A stretch of 64,000 nt of DNA from Bdellovibrionales bacterium (GCA_965199935.1 CBDATD010000001.1:701984-765983); one strand, 5' to 3'; positions 9,106-19,106 are shown, counted from the stretch's first letter. Notes: generated by a model from the sequence alone, not told the origin. Made by a program: numbers and translations.

Positions 9106-11499
9106 GTGGCTTTTTTAGTTCTCTTTAGCGCTGTTGTCTTGTTAACCATTTTGCAGGCTCCCTTGTTTGTGTGGTCTGTCTGTTTTCTGCTCTTTCTTCT
9201 TATATTTCAATGCCACTGGATCTTCTTTTTAATTTTCTTATTTTATTTTATTTTTTTTGGTGTTGCTCCTATTCGACGTATAATAAGCACCCGCGCTTTA
9301 ATGAAACTCATTGAGAAATTCAATGTTTTCCCTCGTATATCTGAAACAGAAAGAACAGCGCTTGAAGCTGGAGAAACATGGGTGGAGAAAGAGTTTTTTT
9401 CCGGTCGGCCTCAGCTTAAAAAGTTATTTACAGAACCTAAAGCTCAAATGACTAAAGAGGAAATTCATTTTCTAAATAATGAAACGCAAACTTTATGTTC
9501 TATAATTGATGATTGGAAAATCTATAAAACAAGGAAAATCCCCGTTCAAGTAGATCAATACATCCGGGAAAAAAAATTTTTAGGTATGGTCATTCCAAAA
9601 TCTTATGGAGGTTTGGGGTTTTCTCATTCAGCTCACAGCCGTGTGTTGGAAACAATATGCTCGCGTTCTTATGCTGTTGGCATCTATGTGATGGTTCCTA
9701 ATTCTTTAGGGCCGGGTGAATTGTTGGTGCATTATGGAACGGAGAAACAAAAAAACTACTATCTACCCCGTCTGGCTGAGGGGCGGGAGATTCCTTGTTT
9801 TGGACTCACTGAGCCTAGGGCCGGCAGTGATGCTGGAGCTATTGAATCTAAAGGGGTGCTGTTTAGAGGTGAAGAAGGCGATTTAAAAATAAAACTCAAT
9901 TGGAATAAAAGGTGGATCACTTTGGCTGGTGTTTCCACTGTGTTGGGTTTGGCTTTTCAATTGGAGGATCCAGAGGAGCTGCTTGGACGCGGTAAGAATA
10001 TCGGTATTACATGTGCTTTGATTCCCTCTCATTTGCCTGGGGTGCATCTGGGCCGAAGACATGATCCTATGAGTATTCCTTTTCCGAACGGCCCCACGGA
10101 AGGCCGTGATGTGGTTGTTTCTGCTGAGGAGCATATCATTGGCGGCATAGAAAAAGCAGGTTTTGGATGGTCTATGCTGATGGACTGCTTAGGCGCTGGA
10201 AGAGGCATTAGTCTGCCCTCCTCCTCTTTAGCCTCCTCTAAAAAAGTTTTGCGCACTGTTTTTCACCATTCAGCAGTTCGAAGGCAGTTTGGACTGCCTA
10301 TTGGAAAATTTGAAGGTGTCATGGAGCCTTTATCTCAGATAGCAGGGCTTGTTTTTTTATCCCAATCTCTATTGAATTACACCTTAAGCGCTCTGAGCCG
10401 GCGTATTCCTTCTGCACTTTGTTCTGCCATTTCAAAATATCAGCTGACTGAATTTTCGAGGCAAATCGTTTCAAAAGGTATGGATATTATGGCGGGAGCC
10501 GGCATTTCTATGGGGCCTCGAAATTCACTGGCTTTGTCTTATATGGCGGCCCCCATCGCCATCACTGTTGAGGGAGCCAATATTCTCACTCGCTCATTTA
10601 TTCTTTTTGGACAGGGGTTGTTCCGGGCTCATCCTTTTGTTTACAAGGAAATTAGAGCTTTTGAAGAAAGAAAGATTAAGGATTTTGACCATTATTTTTG
10701 GGGGCATATGGGGCATTTTTTTCAAAATTGTGTCAGGCTTGTCTATTTAAGTTTAACACGCGGCCTGTTTGTGTTTGTTCCGCAATGGAAAGGCAGAGGC
10801 TTTAGGGCTTGGCAAAAAATCGTCTGGGCTGTTTGCTTGTTTTCCGTTTTATCAGAGACAGCTATGTTTATTTTAGGGGGAAAATTAAAGAAAAAAGAAC
10901 AAATCACGGGCCGCTTTGCGGATGTTTTACTCGGTCTTTATACAGCCAGCTCTGTGTTGTGGAATTGGAGGCAAAACGGAAAAGATCCAAAATTTTGGCC
11001 TTTTGTTCAATGGAGTGTGGATTATTCCTTTTATGGTATGCAAAAAGCTTTTGAACAAATTTTGCATAATTTTGAAGCTCCTTTCGTCAATGGGTTGTTT
11101 TGGCCTTTGAAAAAAATATTATTGTTTTTTATGAGGCTCAACCCCCTGGCCGGCCCTCCTTCAGATAGAAATTCCCAAAAATTAGCAAAAGCATTGATGG
11201 AAGATCCGAAGCTGTTGAAAACTCTCTCTCAAGGTGTGTACGAGGACAAAAACTCTCAAATGCATCAATTGGAGAAATGCCACGAAATGGCTTTAAAGAT
11301 AAAACCTGTTGAGAGTAAAATAAAACAAGCAATACGCACCGGACAATTGAAGAAAAAACGCATCCATCTCATTAAGGATGAGGCTTTTCAAAAAGGCGTG
11401 ATCACTCAAGAAGAGTTGAAATTGATTTCTGACTTTACGACCCTCCAATGGAAAGTAATTCAAGTGGATTCTTTTGGTGAAGAAGAGTATTTGGCTTAA
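9106..11499 (+). CDS. fadE: long-form acyl-CoA dehydrogenase (FadE type) with N-terminal membrane region
   Basis: Collinear with E. coli FadE as I remember it: PNSLGPGELLVHYGT, YLPRLA.G.EIPCF.LTEP.AGSDAG, ITCALIP, APIAITVEGANILTRS. GTG start. Confidence 0.85.
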   Translation: MAFLVLFSAVVLLTILQAPLFVWSVCFLLFLLIFQCHWIFFLIFLFYFIFFGVAPIRRIISTRALMKLIEKFNVFPRISETERTALEAGETWVEKEFFSGRPQLKKLFTEPKAQMTKEEIHFLNNETQTLCSIIDDWKIYKTRKIPVQVDQYIREKKFLGMVIPKSYGGLGFSHSAHSRVLETICSRSYAVGIYVMVPNSLGPGELLVHYGTEKQKNYYLPRLAEGREIPCFGLTEPRAGSDAGAIESKGVLFRGEEGDLKIKLNWNKRWITLAGVSTVLGLAFQLEDPEELLGRGKNIGITCALIPSHLPGVHLGRRHDPMSIPFPNGPTEGRDVVVSAEEHIIGGIEKAGFGWSMLMDCLGAGRGISLPSSSLASSKKVLRTVFHHSAVRRQFGLPIGKFEGVMEPLSQIAGLVFLSQSLLNYTLSALSRRIPSALCSAISKYQLTEFSRQIVSKGMDIMAGAGISMGPRNSLALSYMAAPIAITVEGANILTRSFILFGQGLFRAHPFVYKEIRAFEERKIKDFDHYFWGHMGHFFQNCVRLVYLSLTRGLFVFVPQWKGRGFRAWQKIVWAVCLFSVLSETAMFILGGKLKKKEQITGRFADVLLGLYTASSVLWNWRQNGKDPKFWPFVQWSVDYSFYGMQKAFEQILHNFEAPFVNGLFWPLKKILLFFMRLNPLAGPPSDRNSQKLAKALMEDPKLLKTLSQGVYEDKNSQMHQLEKCHEMALKIKPVESKIKQAIRTGQLKKKRIHLIKDEAFQKGVITQEELKLISDFTTLQWKVIQVDSFGEEEYLA

Positions 11500-12113
11500 G
11501 GATAAAGCCTTTGTGCGATCCATTGATCTCCTTTTTTGGTGAACAAGAAGCGGTCATGGAGGCGGTGGTCTCTTCCTATCCAAAACTCTATTTTCTCTAT
11601 GAGGGTCAAATAACCTTTCCAGTGTTGAGGGCATGGGATTTTTTTATTTTTAAACTGCAGGCGGGCTTGTTGGACTTCCTGTTCAAGAGTTTTACGGTCT
11701 TTTACTGGGGAAGACTGTTTGGAGGTCCACTGGCTTAGCTGACTTTCAACAGATCTGGTCTTCCAATAGGAAAGAGTTTGTTCTCTGGAAGCGGGGCGGA
11801 CTCTCCCTTGAAGGAAAACCTGGCGAAATAAAGGGTCCCAATAAAAATGCATGGCACACTGATTGTTTTGACTCAACTGCCGCCCTTTTCGGCTGTTTTG
11901 GCTGGTGTAAAAAACCAGTCCTTCTTTCAGGATGTCCTTAATGAGAACCACGCGAGATGAAATTTTTTGATCTATGCTCAAAGTGGATAATACTGCCGCA
12001 TTTGCTGATTTCACCTCAGGGTGGTTATGAGCTGTATTCATCCATTCTTTTAGCAAGGCTCCAGGGTCATAAGGTTTTTTCACGTTCAAATGCTGTTCTA
12101 TGTCTTTATCCAT
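11496..12113 (-). CDS. pdxH: pyridoxamine 5'-phosphate oxidase
   Basis: About 205 aa. C-terminal FWIGRDHRLHDRF...W...RLYP signature typical of PdxH. Confidence 0.8.
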   Translation of the reverse strand: MDKDIEQHLNVKKPYDPGALLKEWMNTAHNHPEVKSANAAVLSTLSIDQKISSRVVLIKDILKEGLVFYTSQNSRKGRQLSQNNQCAMHFYWDPLFRQVFLQGRVRPASREQTLSYWKTRSVESQLSQWTSKQSSPVKDRKTLEQEVQQARLQFKNKKIPCPQHWKGYLTLIEKIEFWIGRDHRLHDRFLFTKKGDQWIAQRLYP

Positions 12114-12125
12114 AGGAGTGTTTGC

Positions 12126-13334
12126 TCAAGAGGGTTTTCGGTAGTAGTAAGAGATTTCTGTTTGAGTGCCGGGAGGCAGTACTTCCACAAAAGAAATGGA
12201 GTTGTCATGAAAATTTTTTTCCCATTTGACGTTCATGGAGACTCCATTTTTATCGAAAACTTTTACCGAAACAGGAGTATTTTGAGTGATGACGGGTGTG
12301 AATTGAAGTGGAATTTGACTGACATATCTACGGAGTTGTTTCGAAATATCAGAAAAAGCGAACTGGTAGCTGTCTTGACAGATATCAATAGACATTCCTT
12401 GAGTGTAGTGGACCAGCTGATTGAGTTGTTGGGAGTAATTTGCTTCGACAGTGTGCTGTTTGTCTAAGCAAGAGGGGTTGGTAATGGAGACACCGTAAAC
12501 AATCATTTTTTTATCTGGGTGATTTTGAAAAACTGTACTAAATGTATTTACGACTTCATGAGCTGTGGTGGCGTTTTTAGAATCCTCAGCTCTTTCTTCT
12601 TCATCCGTTACCACAAAGACAGCCAGTACAGCCTGCTGTCTAATAAAGGACCGGTCCGGATATTTAGTTCGTTCAATAATAGATTTTAAAACTCTTAGAG
12701 GCTGCTCGTGATTTCCTTGACAGTAGGGGGGCCATTGGCATGGAGATTGCTTCTCGTAAGAGTTTCTAGTGATGGTATCCCGAAAAATGTTTTTATAATT
12801 TGGCAGACTGCTGTCTAAGATGTTTTGATCTAAAATACGCCGGCCGTCTTGTATCGGCATAGGGATTCCAAATTTAGGATCTGTTCCTGTGTAATGGGTC
12901 CATCTGTCAGCAGATGGGGGAAATATTCTATGTTTTTTTGGACAAAATTTTTGAGTTTTCCCTGAGCCGTTTGTTCTTATTTGTATGTTTTTTTTGGGGC
13001 ATTGGTATTGGGAGTCCCCATGGTCTGCAGTGGTGAAGGTTATTTGCCAATCAAGGTGTTCAATAGAATTAATTAAAGAGGATGAAGCCAGGCTGATTTT
13101 CTCTAAATTGTCTTCCATGGACCTGGAGACGTCCAAAATAAAGACAATATCAACAGGAGTGTAAGTCGTCTGATTGACTTTATATCTTTCGGTTCTAAAG
13201 GCTAAGCAGCGGGTGTCATCACAAATACTGGAAGAAGCCAGCCCCACGAGAGAGCTGTCTTCTTTTAATTGGATAGGGGACCCGCACCCCAAGGTGAGTA
13301 TGCAATAAATAAGAATGCAAAAGGATTTATTCAT
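12126..13334 (-). CDS. lipoprotein with VWA-like (MIDAS DxSxS) domain, paralog 1
   Basis: Lipobox LTLGC. VDIVFILDVSRSM (DxSxS), FTTADHGD, GNHEQPLRVLKSIIER, FVVTDEEERAED. Collinear with the neighbouring ORF 13399-14508. Confidence 0.6.
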   Translation of the reverse strand: MNKSFCILIYCILTLGCGSPIQLKEDSSLVGLASSSICDDTRCLAFRTERYKVNQTTYTPVDIVFILDVSRSMEDNLEKISLASSSLINSIEHLDWQITFTTADHGDSQYQCPKKNIQIRTNGSGKTQKFCPKKHRIFPPSADRWTHYTGTDPKFGIPMPIQDGRRILDQNILDSSLPNYKNIFRDTITRNSYEKQSPCQWPPYCQGNHEQPLRVLKSIIERTKYPDRSFIRQQAVLAVFVVTDEEERAEDSKNATTAHEVVNTFSTVFQNHPDKKMIVYGVSITNPSCLDKQHTVEANYSQQLNQLVHYTQGMSIDICQDSYQFAFSDISKQLRRYVSQIPLQFTPVITQNTPVSVKVFDKNGVSMNVKWEKNFHDNSISFVEVLPPGTQTEISYYYRKPS

Positions 13335-13398
13335 AACGGAGCCAGTGTAACCTAAAATAGGCTCTCTGTCTTGATATTTTTGAAGCCTTTTGGAGGTC

Positions 13399-14508
13399 CT
13401 ATCGAGGTATATAGCTGACTTGAACTTCTGAACCTAATTTTAAGGCGGGTCTGAAAACAATATGTCTGCCTTCCAGCTTCCACTCAGTATTCTGCTTTGG
13501 TGTAATTTTTACATGAATAGAGTCCTGCTTTGGAAACGCTGTTTTTAAATAAATGTTGTCAAGGACGCGGCTTCGAATCATCTGTGAGATGCCTTCAAGG
13601 GTGCTTCCGTAATCAGAACAAATACTGATATTTCTGCCGTAAGCGGCTTGAGCCAGCTCAGATACTTTTTTTCCATATTCCACTGACTGCCCTTTTCTTT
13701 TTTGAGAGTTGTAGCAGTTTACATCTCCTTCTTTTACCAAGATTCCAAATCCGTAAAAATTTTTATCGCTTGAAAATTGAGATTGAAAAGCATCAACCAC
13801 TTCACGGGCTGTTGTGGCGTTTTCTTGATCTTCGACTCTTTCATCCTCATTGGTGATAATAAAAGCAATGAGATCTGAGTGGGGCCGGAAAAAATTTTTG
13901 TTTTCATCTCTTTCTATAGCGGCTTTTAAGGCTCTTAGAGGCTGCTCGTGGTCCCCCTGAGAAAAAGGAGGAAGAGAGCGGGAATTTTCATCGTGAATGG
14001 TTAAAGTATCTAAAAAGATAGTGTCATAAAATCTATTTGATTTACTGAGAATTTTATCTTTCAAAAGTTTGTTTCTGTGTTCTAAATTCATAAATAGGCC
14101 GAAGTGAGGCTCTTCCCCTCTATAATTTTTCCACCTTTGGCGGCCTACTTTGCCGTTTACTTTTTTGTGGTCCCCGTGGTCTGCGGTGGTAAAGGCCATT
14201 TGCCAGTCAAAATCTTGAATATAAGTTAAAAGGTCCAGCATGGAGGAGCCTAATTTTTTTAAATTATCTTTCATAGAGGAAGAGACATCCAACACGAACA
14301 AAATATCTACGGCAGTTTCTTGTTTATCCATTAAGAAAGTCTCTGTGATTGTACAATCTTCCTCGTTTCGACAGTCGAATGCAGAGGGTTTCTCTGATTC
14401 ATTAAATAAATCATCATTGGGAAACCTGCGGTCTGCCTGCGACTCCAATCGAAGATGATTTGAGCAGTGAACAAGACATAAAATAAGCAGTAAATGTATG
14501 CTTCTCAT
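13399..14508 (-). CDS. lipoprotein with VWA-like (MIDAS DxSxS) domain, paralog 2
   Basis: Lipobox LVHC. VDILFVLDVSSSM, FTTADHGD, GDHEQPLRALKAAIER, FIITNEDERVED. Same motif order as 12126-13334. Confidence 0.6.
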   Translation of the reverse strand: MRSIHLLLILCLVHCSNHLRLESQADRRFPNDDLFNESEKPSAFDCRNEEDCTITETFLMDKQETAVDILFVLDVSSSMKDNLKKLGSSMLDLLTYIQDFDWQMAFTTADHGDHKKVNGKVGRQRWKNYRGEEPHFGLFMNLEHRNKLLKDKILSKSNRFYDTIFLDTLTIHDENSRSLPPFSQGDHEQPLRALKAAIERDENKNFFRPHSDLIAFIITNEDERVEDQENATTAREVVDAFQSQFSSDKNFYGFGILVKEGDVNCYNSQKRKGQSVEYGKKVSELAQAAYGRNISICSDYGSTLEGISQMIRSRVLDNIYLKTAFPKQDSIHVKITPKQNTEWKLEGRHIVFRPALKLGSEVQVSYIPR

Positions 14509-14791
14509 GTCTAGTAGATCGGTTTTTTTACTGTGTCTTTTAAAGGGTTCTTTGGATTTTTAGGTGAACTTAGGATGAAAGGCTTGTGAATTTTTTTCAC
14601 TTTTTTATCCTGGTTTCGTATAAAGAGTCCTGTATTTTGCTCTATTCACCTGCTCCTGCAGCAGGGGGCAGACAAAAATGAAAGCTCAGACATAATTTTT
14701 GGCGCAGGGCAGCCTCCGTCTGCCTTTTCTTTCTGTGTGAAAGCAGGGGGGCGGTCCTTCGGGAAAAATCGGGGGTGTCTTCCAGCTTGTT

Positions 14792-15937
14792 TCAGTTCAC
14801 TTGGTATTTATCCATCCAAAAGATGGACAGACTGGAGTTTCGGTAAATGCCAAGGCCGAGACGAAACATTTCACCCATGTAATTGCTGGCTTTGTTATGT
14901 CCTGATTCGGCGGCTGATTTCATCCAGAAAAATGATTGTTGTGTATCTTGAAGAATAACATCATCGCCGTAAAGCAGGATAACTCCGACTTGAAATTGAG
15001 CGGGGGGGTACCCGCTTTGGGCGGCTTTCTCTAATAAAGAAAATCCCTGTTCTTTGTTTAAACTTCCAAGCTCCCCCGAAAAAAGGAAAGAGCCTAAATG
15101 GAATTGAGCCAGAGTGTTGTTTTTTAACACTGCTTTTTGGAGAATGGAAACGGCCTCAGAGTGAGATTGTTTTTCTTCAGATAAAATTAAGCCCATTTGA
15201 ACTTGTGCTGACACATCCTCCTGCTCATAAGCCCTAATTTGCAAGTCAGTAAGCGTATTTTCAATTTGTATTTCTTCCGGCAAGTGATGATTTTCAGATG
15301 AAACTCGGTGAATTAGATATTGAATAGGCTGTTCGTGAACAGCGGAAATAATATGAGAGTCTGCATTTTCCACCATTCCAATAACTTCTCCGTCACTGTT
15401 GAGGACCGGAGATCCAGCACCGGCCTCCTTGCTTTGAATAGGACTCACAAATCCAAATTGGAAGGGGGGTATTTTTATAATTCTTCTCGCTTTTGTGAGT
15501 TCTATATCTTCTTTTGAAGATTTGAAAGTGTAAATATCCTGGTCTATGTGAAAAGGACTTTGAGATAAGTTCAAAAAATGCCCGTCATATCCTTCTACTT
15601 CCAAAACAGCTAGATTGTCTAAAGCGGACAGGGCTTTTACTCTTTTAACTTTAAACTTTAATTCTTCTTTTGAAATCACGATAGAATCTGTAAAAGGTTT
15701 ATGAGGCAGAGTTTTGGCCAAGCTGTAAATAAAATGAAAAGTAGTTAAGAAAGTTTCTGAATCTTCAAGAAAAAATCCAGTGGATTGTCCAGAGGGATGG
15801 TTGATTCGAAATACAGCGTCCTTTGCTCTTTTTACAATCAAAGGGGAGTAAAAATAAGATTCAGCAGAAAAACAAAAAGCTGTGAGGTACATAGAAAAAG
15901 ACAATAAGAAAGTTTTAAAATAAATTTGAGTTTTCAT
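14792..15937 (-). CDS. secreted trypsin-like serine peptidase fused to Sel1/TPR-like repeats
   Basis: N-terminal signal peptide. GAGSPVLNSDGEVIGMV resembles the GxSGxP catalytic-Ser region of S1 peptidases. The C-terminal third has Sel1-like repeats (AQFHLGSFL..., AAQSGYPPAQFQVGVIL..., AAESGHNKASNYMGEMF). Confidence 0.6.
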   Translation of the reverse strand: MKTQIYFKTFLLSFSMYLTAFCFSAESYFYSPLIVKRAKDAVFRINHPSGQSTGFFLEDSETFLTTFHFIYSLAKTLPHKPFTDSIVISKEELKFKVKRVKALSALDNLAVLEVEGYDGHFLNLSQSPFHIDQDIYTFKSSKEDIELTKARRIIKIPPFQFGFVSPIQSKEAGAGSPVLNSDGEVIGMVENADSHIISAVHEQPIQYLIHRVSSENHHLPEEIQIENTLTDLQIRAYEQEDVSAQVQMGLILSEEKQSHSEAVSILQKAVLKNNTLAQFHLGSFLFSGELGSLNKEQGFSLLEKAAQSGYPPAQFQVGVILLYGDDVILQDTQQSFFWMKSAAESGHNKASNYMGEMFRLGLGIYRNSSLSIFWMDKYQVN

Positions 15938-16247
15938 AATGGAGCGGATTTATACCCTAAAAAGCAGATCTAATAAAGTTTAATGAGAGGGGCTGTAATT
16001 TTTACAACCATGAAGCTTTAGAATTATTGTTTAGCAAAACTGCTGTTTCAATCTAGTCTTAGCTTAATACGTCTTTTTTTTAATAATATTTTTTATACAT
16101 TTGATGAAATAAAAGGCTTCAGATTTAGCGGACTCCCCGGCTGGCTCCTTCTCCTCTTTGTTTGCACTTGCAGTGATCGCCGGGGTCTGGAGAGTGGTTG
16201 GCGGCGCATGTGGTGTGCGAGCAAGAGGGGTCTCTTGTTGTCCAAAT

Positions 16248-16700
16248 CTAAGTTTTTTTTCTTTTATAAAGTTCACAGGCAGTTAGGGTAACAATCCATA
16301 CAACAAAAACGTATTTTATTTTTTTTCCAAGAAAGAATTTTAAGGGGATGTATGTCAAAGGCAGGGGGGTTGAATAGGCCAAAGCATAGATCAGGTTGGA
16401 GGCGTACCCTGCTTTGTCTGTTGTTTGAACTATTTGAATAACTTGCTTTAAAGTGATTTTCCTAAGAAGGCCGGGAGTCTTTTTTCTTATTTTGCAGAGA
16501 ACTCTATAGACGTCGTCTAAACTTAACGAAGTTATTTCTTTTTTATTTTCTTTTGCAATTTCTCTTATGCATTTTAGGCTGTATTCTTTGAGCTGTTCGT
16601 CTGTTTTAAGGTGAAAGGCTCTGCGTGTGTACTGATTGAAAAACTTGAATTTTCTGTTAAAAGAGCTTTCTAAAATTTTGTTTTTTATAAATTGGATCAT
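16248..16700 (-). CDS. hypothetical protein
   Basis: ORF 16248-16814 overlaps tRNA-Tyr, so the start is moved to the internal Met (MIQFIKNK) at 16700. No motif recognised; C-terminal hydrophobic segment. Confidence 0.4.
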   Translation of the reverse strand: MIQFIKNKILESSFNRKFKFFNQYTRRAFHLKTDEQLKEYSLKCIREIAKENKKEITSLSLDDVYRVLCKIRKKTPGLLRKITLKQVIQIVQTTDKAGYASNLIYALAYSTPLPLTYIPLKFFLGKKIKYVFVVWIVTLTACELYKRKKT

Positions 16701-16734
16701 AGGCCGCTCCAAAGGCTGTGCTGAGATTTTGAAA

Positions 16735-16820
16735 TGGTGGAGAGAGTAGGATTCGAACCTACGTAGGCATAAGCCAGCGGGTTTACAGCCCGCCCCTTTT
16801 AACCGCTCAGGCATCTCTCC
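16735..16820 (-). tRNA. tRNA-Tyr (anticodon GTA), CCA encoded
   Basis: Reverse complement: GGAGAGATGCCTGAGCGGTTAAAAGGGGCGGGCTGTAAACCCGC...GGTTCGAATCCTACTCTCTCCACCA. It has a 7-bp acceptor stem, a long variable arm and a CT-GTA-AA anticodon loop. Confidence 0.9.
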
Positions 16821-16823
16821 TCA

Positions 16824-16896
16824 AGCTGGGTAAGGGACTTGAACCCCCAACCTGCTGATTACAAATCAGCTGCTCTGCCAATTGAGCTAACCCAGC
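16824..16896 (-). tRNA. tRNA-Thr (anticodon TGT)
   Basis: Reverse complement: GCTGGGTTAGCTCAATTGGCAGAGCAGCTGATTTGTAATCAGCAGGTTGGGGGTTCAAGTCCCTTACCCAGCT. Clover-leaf pairs by eye; CCA is not encoded. Confidence 0.9.
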
Positions 16897-16974
16897 ATTC
16901 AGGCTATTATACTCATAAAAACCTTTTGACGTGTAGTTTTATGAAATATTTTTCGTTCAAAAACTTAAAGCCTA

Positions 16975-17685
16975 TTACTTATCCAGCAAATGCTTATAAA
17001 GATCTTCTTCTATAGGGATGCGAATTTCTTGGCTGGAAGAAGAAGAACTCCATTCTAAAACAGCATTTTCAATTAAAACCAAAGGTCTTCTTTCACGCCC
17101 CTCACCCATAAGCCAGACAGCGCTGCCGGCTAAAGCATCTACATTATTTATAGCAGTGACTTTTAATTCTCTGCCATAAAGATCTGGCTCTCCTCGAAGG
17201 TCTTTAACCGCCTTAAAACCCCAGTGTGCTACAGCCGCTCCGATGACCCCCCTTCTTAAAGGAGTGGTGTGGGAATCTGTCATTAGAAGCCCTAATTTTT
17301 TTAGAGACCAGCGCTGTGTTAAAGCCTGCCATAATTTTTTTAGAGACAAGTAAGGGTTTTTTGGAAAAAGCAGATACCCCCCCGTAGGGGAATTGGATTG
17401 ATCTATTCCAGCGGAAGGCAAGAGCAGACCTGCTTTTATGGTGAGGTGATGTCCGTAAGAGCTTTCACCTAAATCTTTGTCTGCTTCTTGTTGAATTAAT
17501 TGTTTTTTATCTGTGGTTTGCACCACACGTTTTTCAGCCAGGCTGAACAATTTAGATGAGACCGCCAATACTGATTTTTCTTTAATGGAAAAGCCGGTTA
17601 AAGAAGACAAAATAAACTTCTCAAGGTCTTCCCCTTGTTGGAGTAAAGCTGTTGTGATCGGGGTGATTTTTAAAGAAGAGTTCAT
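16975..17685 (-). CDS. CofE/FbiB-like gamma-glutamyl ligase family protein (F420_ligase fold)
   Basis: VSSKLFSLAEKR, SAGIDQSNSP and LMTDSHTTPLRRGVIGAAVAHWGF resemble the CofE family motifs as I remember them. Confidence 0.5.
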   Translation of the reverse strand: MNSSLKITPITTALLQQGEDLEKFILSSLTGFSIKEKSVLAVSSKLFSLAEKRVVQTTDKKQLIQQEADKDLGESSYGHHLTIKAGLLLPSAGIDQSNSPTGGYLLFPKNPYLSLKKLWQALTQRWSLKKLGLLMTDSHTTPLRRGVIGAAVAHWGFKAVKDLRGEPDLYGRELKVTAINNVDALAGSAVWLMGEGRERRPLVLIENAVLEWSSSSSSQEIRIPIEEDLYKHLLDK

Positions 17686-17691
17686 AAGATT

Positions 17692-18975
17692 TTATTTGGT
17701 AATAAAATTTTTCCAAGAAGCCATTTGATGATAAGGCATTCCGGTTTGAATCAAAATACCCCCCTGGGACTGTTCTGTTTTGTGGATTTTAATTTGTTGA
17801 GAGAGAGAGTGCATCAGAGAGGCGTCGCTGTGGGGAAAAAACAGCTCTACTTTTTTATTTAGACTTGAGTAAGCCCGCTTCATTTCCTTCAAGAGGCAGG
17901 GAACACCCTGCCCTGACAGAGCAGAAACTTTTGCATGAAAGGCAGTAGGGGGGCGTTGAAAAGTTTTACAGACTTGGTCCATCTTATTGTACACATGAAT
18001 AATTGGTTTTTCATTCCATCTAAACTCTCTAATCAAAGAATTGACCACACTCATCTGCTCCTTCATGTTAGGGTTGGAGGCGTCGATAACGTGCAGTAAT
18101 ACATCTGCACAGGCCGATTCTTCCAGAGTGGCTTTGAAAGCTGAAATAAGATGAGGAGGCAGGTCTTTAATAAAGCCCACTGTGTCTGTTAAAACGGACG
18201 CACTCAAGCCGGGAATAAAAACTTTTCTTGTTGCAGGGTCTAAAGTTAAGAATAATTGATTCTCTGTTTCTGCTTTGGATCGGCTGAGGCGGTTTAAAAG
18301 AGTGCTTTTTCCTGAATTGGTGTAGCCGATTAAAGCAAAGCTTCGAACTTGATTTCTTTGTCTGAGTTTCCTTTGCTGGGATCTGTTCTTTCTTAAAGTT
18401 TGCAGTTTTTTTCTTAAAAAGCGGATTCTTTTTTGAATTTGTCTGCGGTCTGTTTCCAATGCTTTTTCACCAGGTCCTCTGGCTCCCAATCCTCCCCCTT
18501 GTCTGGAAAGAGAGCCAAGCCAGGCTCCCTTGGTTCTGGTCAGCTCGTCCAATTTTTGAGCCAGGCTCACTTGTAATTGTCCTTCATAACTGCGGGCGCG
18601 GTCTGCAAAGATTTTTAAAATCAGCTGATTTCTTTCCCATATGGGTACTTTAAGTATGTTGTTCAAGTTGCGTGCTTGAACACCTGTCAAACGGCCGTTA
18701 AAAATAATTAAGTTGGCTTTTGTTTCAAGAATCATATCTTGAATTTCATGAATTTTGCCCGATCCAAGGTAAGTGCTGTGATGGATTCTATTTTGTTTTT
18801 GACTAATAGCTCCAAGAACTTCAATTCCTGCTGAGTCTGCAAGCTCTTTCAATTCTCTTAGTGGAGCTTTATTTTTTTGTAAGTCAGTAAGCACTAAAAT
18901 AGTTTTTAAATTTTGTTTTCTCAAATGCCTCATCTGTCGTATCAAATTTGCATCCCCGTCAATAAAATACATCAT
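17692..18975 (-). CDS. hflX: GTPase HflX
   Basis: N-terminal HflX domain followed by a G domain: GYTNSGKSTLLNRL (G1), LTDTVGF (G3), NKMD (G4). Confidence 0.9.
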   Translation of the reverse strand: MMYFIDGDANLIRQMRHLRKQNLKTILVLTDLQKNKAPLRELKELADSAGIEVLGAISQKQNRIHHSTYLGSGKIHEIQDMILETKANLIIFNGRLTGVQARNLNNILKVPIWERNQLILKIFADRARSYEGQLQVSLAQKLDELTRTKGAWLGSLSRQGGGLGARGPGEKALETDRRQIQKRIRFLRKKLQTLRKNRSQQRKLRQRNQVRSFALIGYTNSGKSTLLNRLSRSKAETENQLFLTLDPATRKVFIPGLSASVLTDTVGFIKDLPPHLISAFKATLEESACADVLLHVIDASNPNMKEQMSVVNSLIREFRWNEKPIIHVYNKMDQVCKTFQRPPTAFHAKVSALSGQGVPCLLKEMKRAYSSLNKKVELFFPHSDASLMHSLSQQIKIHKTEQSQGGILIQTGMPYHQMASWKNFITK

Positions 18976-19106
18976 TGATTGTACTTTAAAGCAGGGATTC
19001 TACCAAGCCGGCTTACCCTTTAGTCAATATTTTAAAGAAAGTAAAGAGATTGATCTAAAGCTTGATAAAAGGTATAGTCGCTGTCCGTTTGTTGGAGGAG
19101 GGGTTT

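Noticed and set aside
16128-16240. Tested the G+C-rich island as SRP (4.5S) RNA or tmRNA.
   Set aside because: GAAGGAGCCAGCC only superficially resembles the SRP domain IV GGAAGCAGCC. No GNAR tetraloop with a symmetric-loop arrangement and no tRNA-like 3' end could be built.
16701-16814. N-terminal extension of ORF 16248-16814. Related cases are ORFs 19481-19756, 23646-24002, 26647-26865 and 39190-39408.
   Set aside because: Each reads through a tRNA gene (Tyr, Gly, Thr, Trp and Arg respectively) and is an artefact of open frames across tRNAs.
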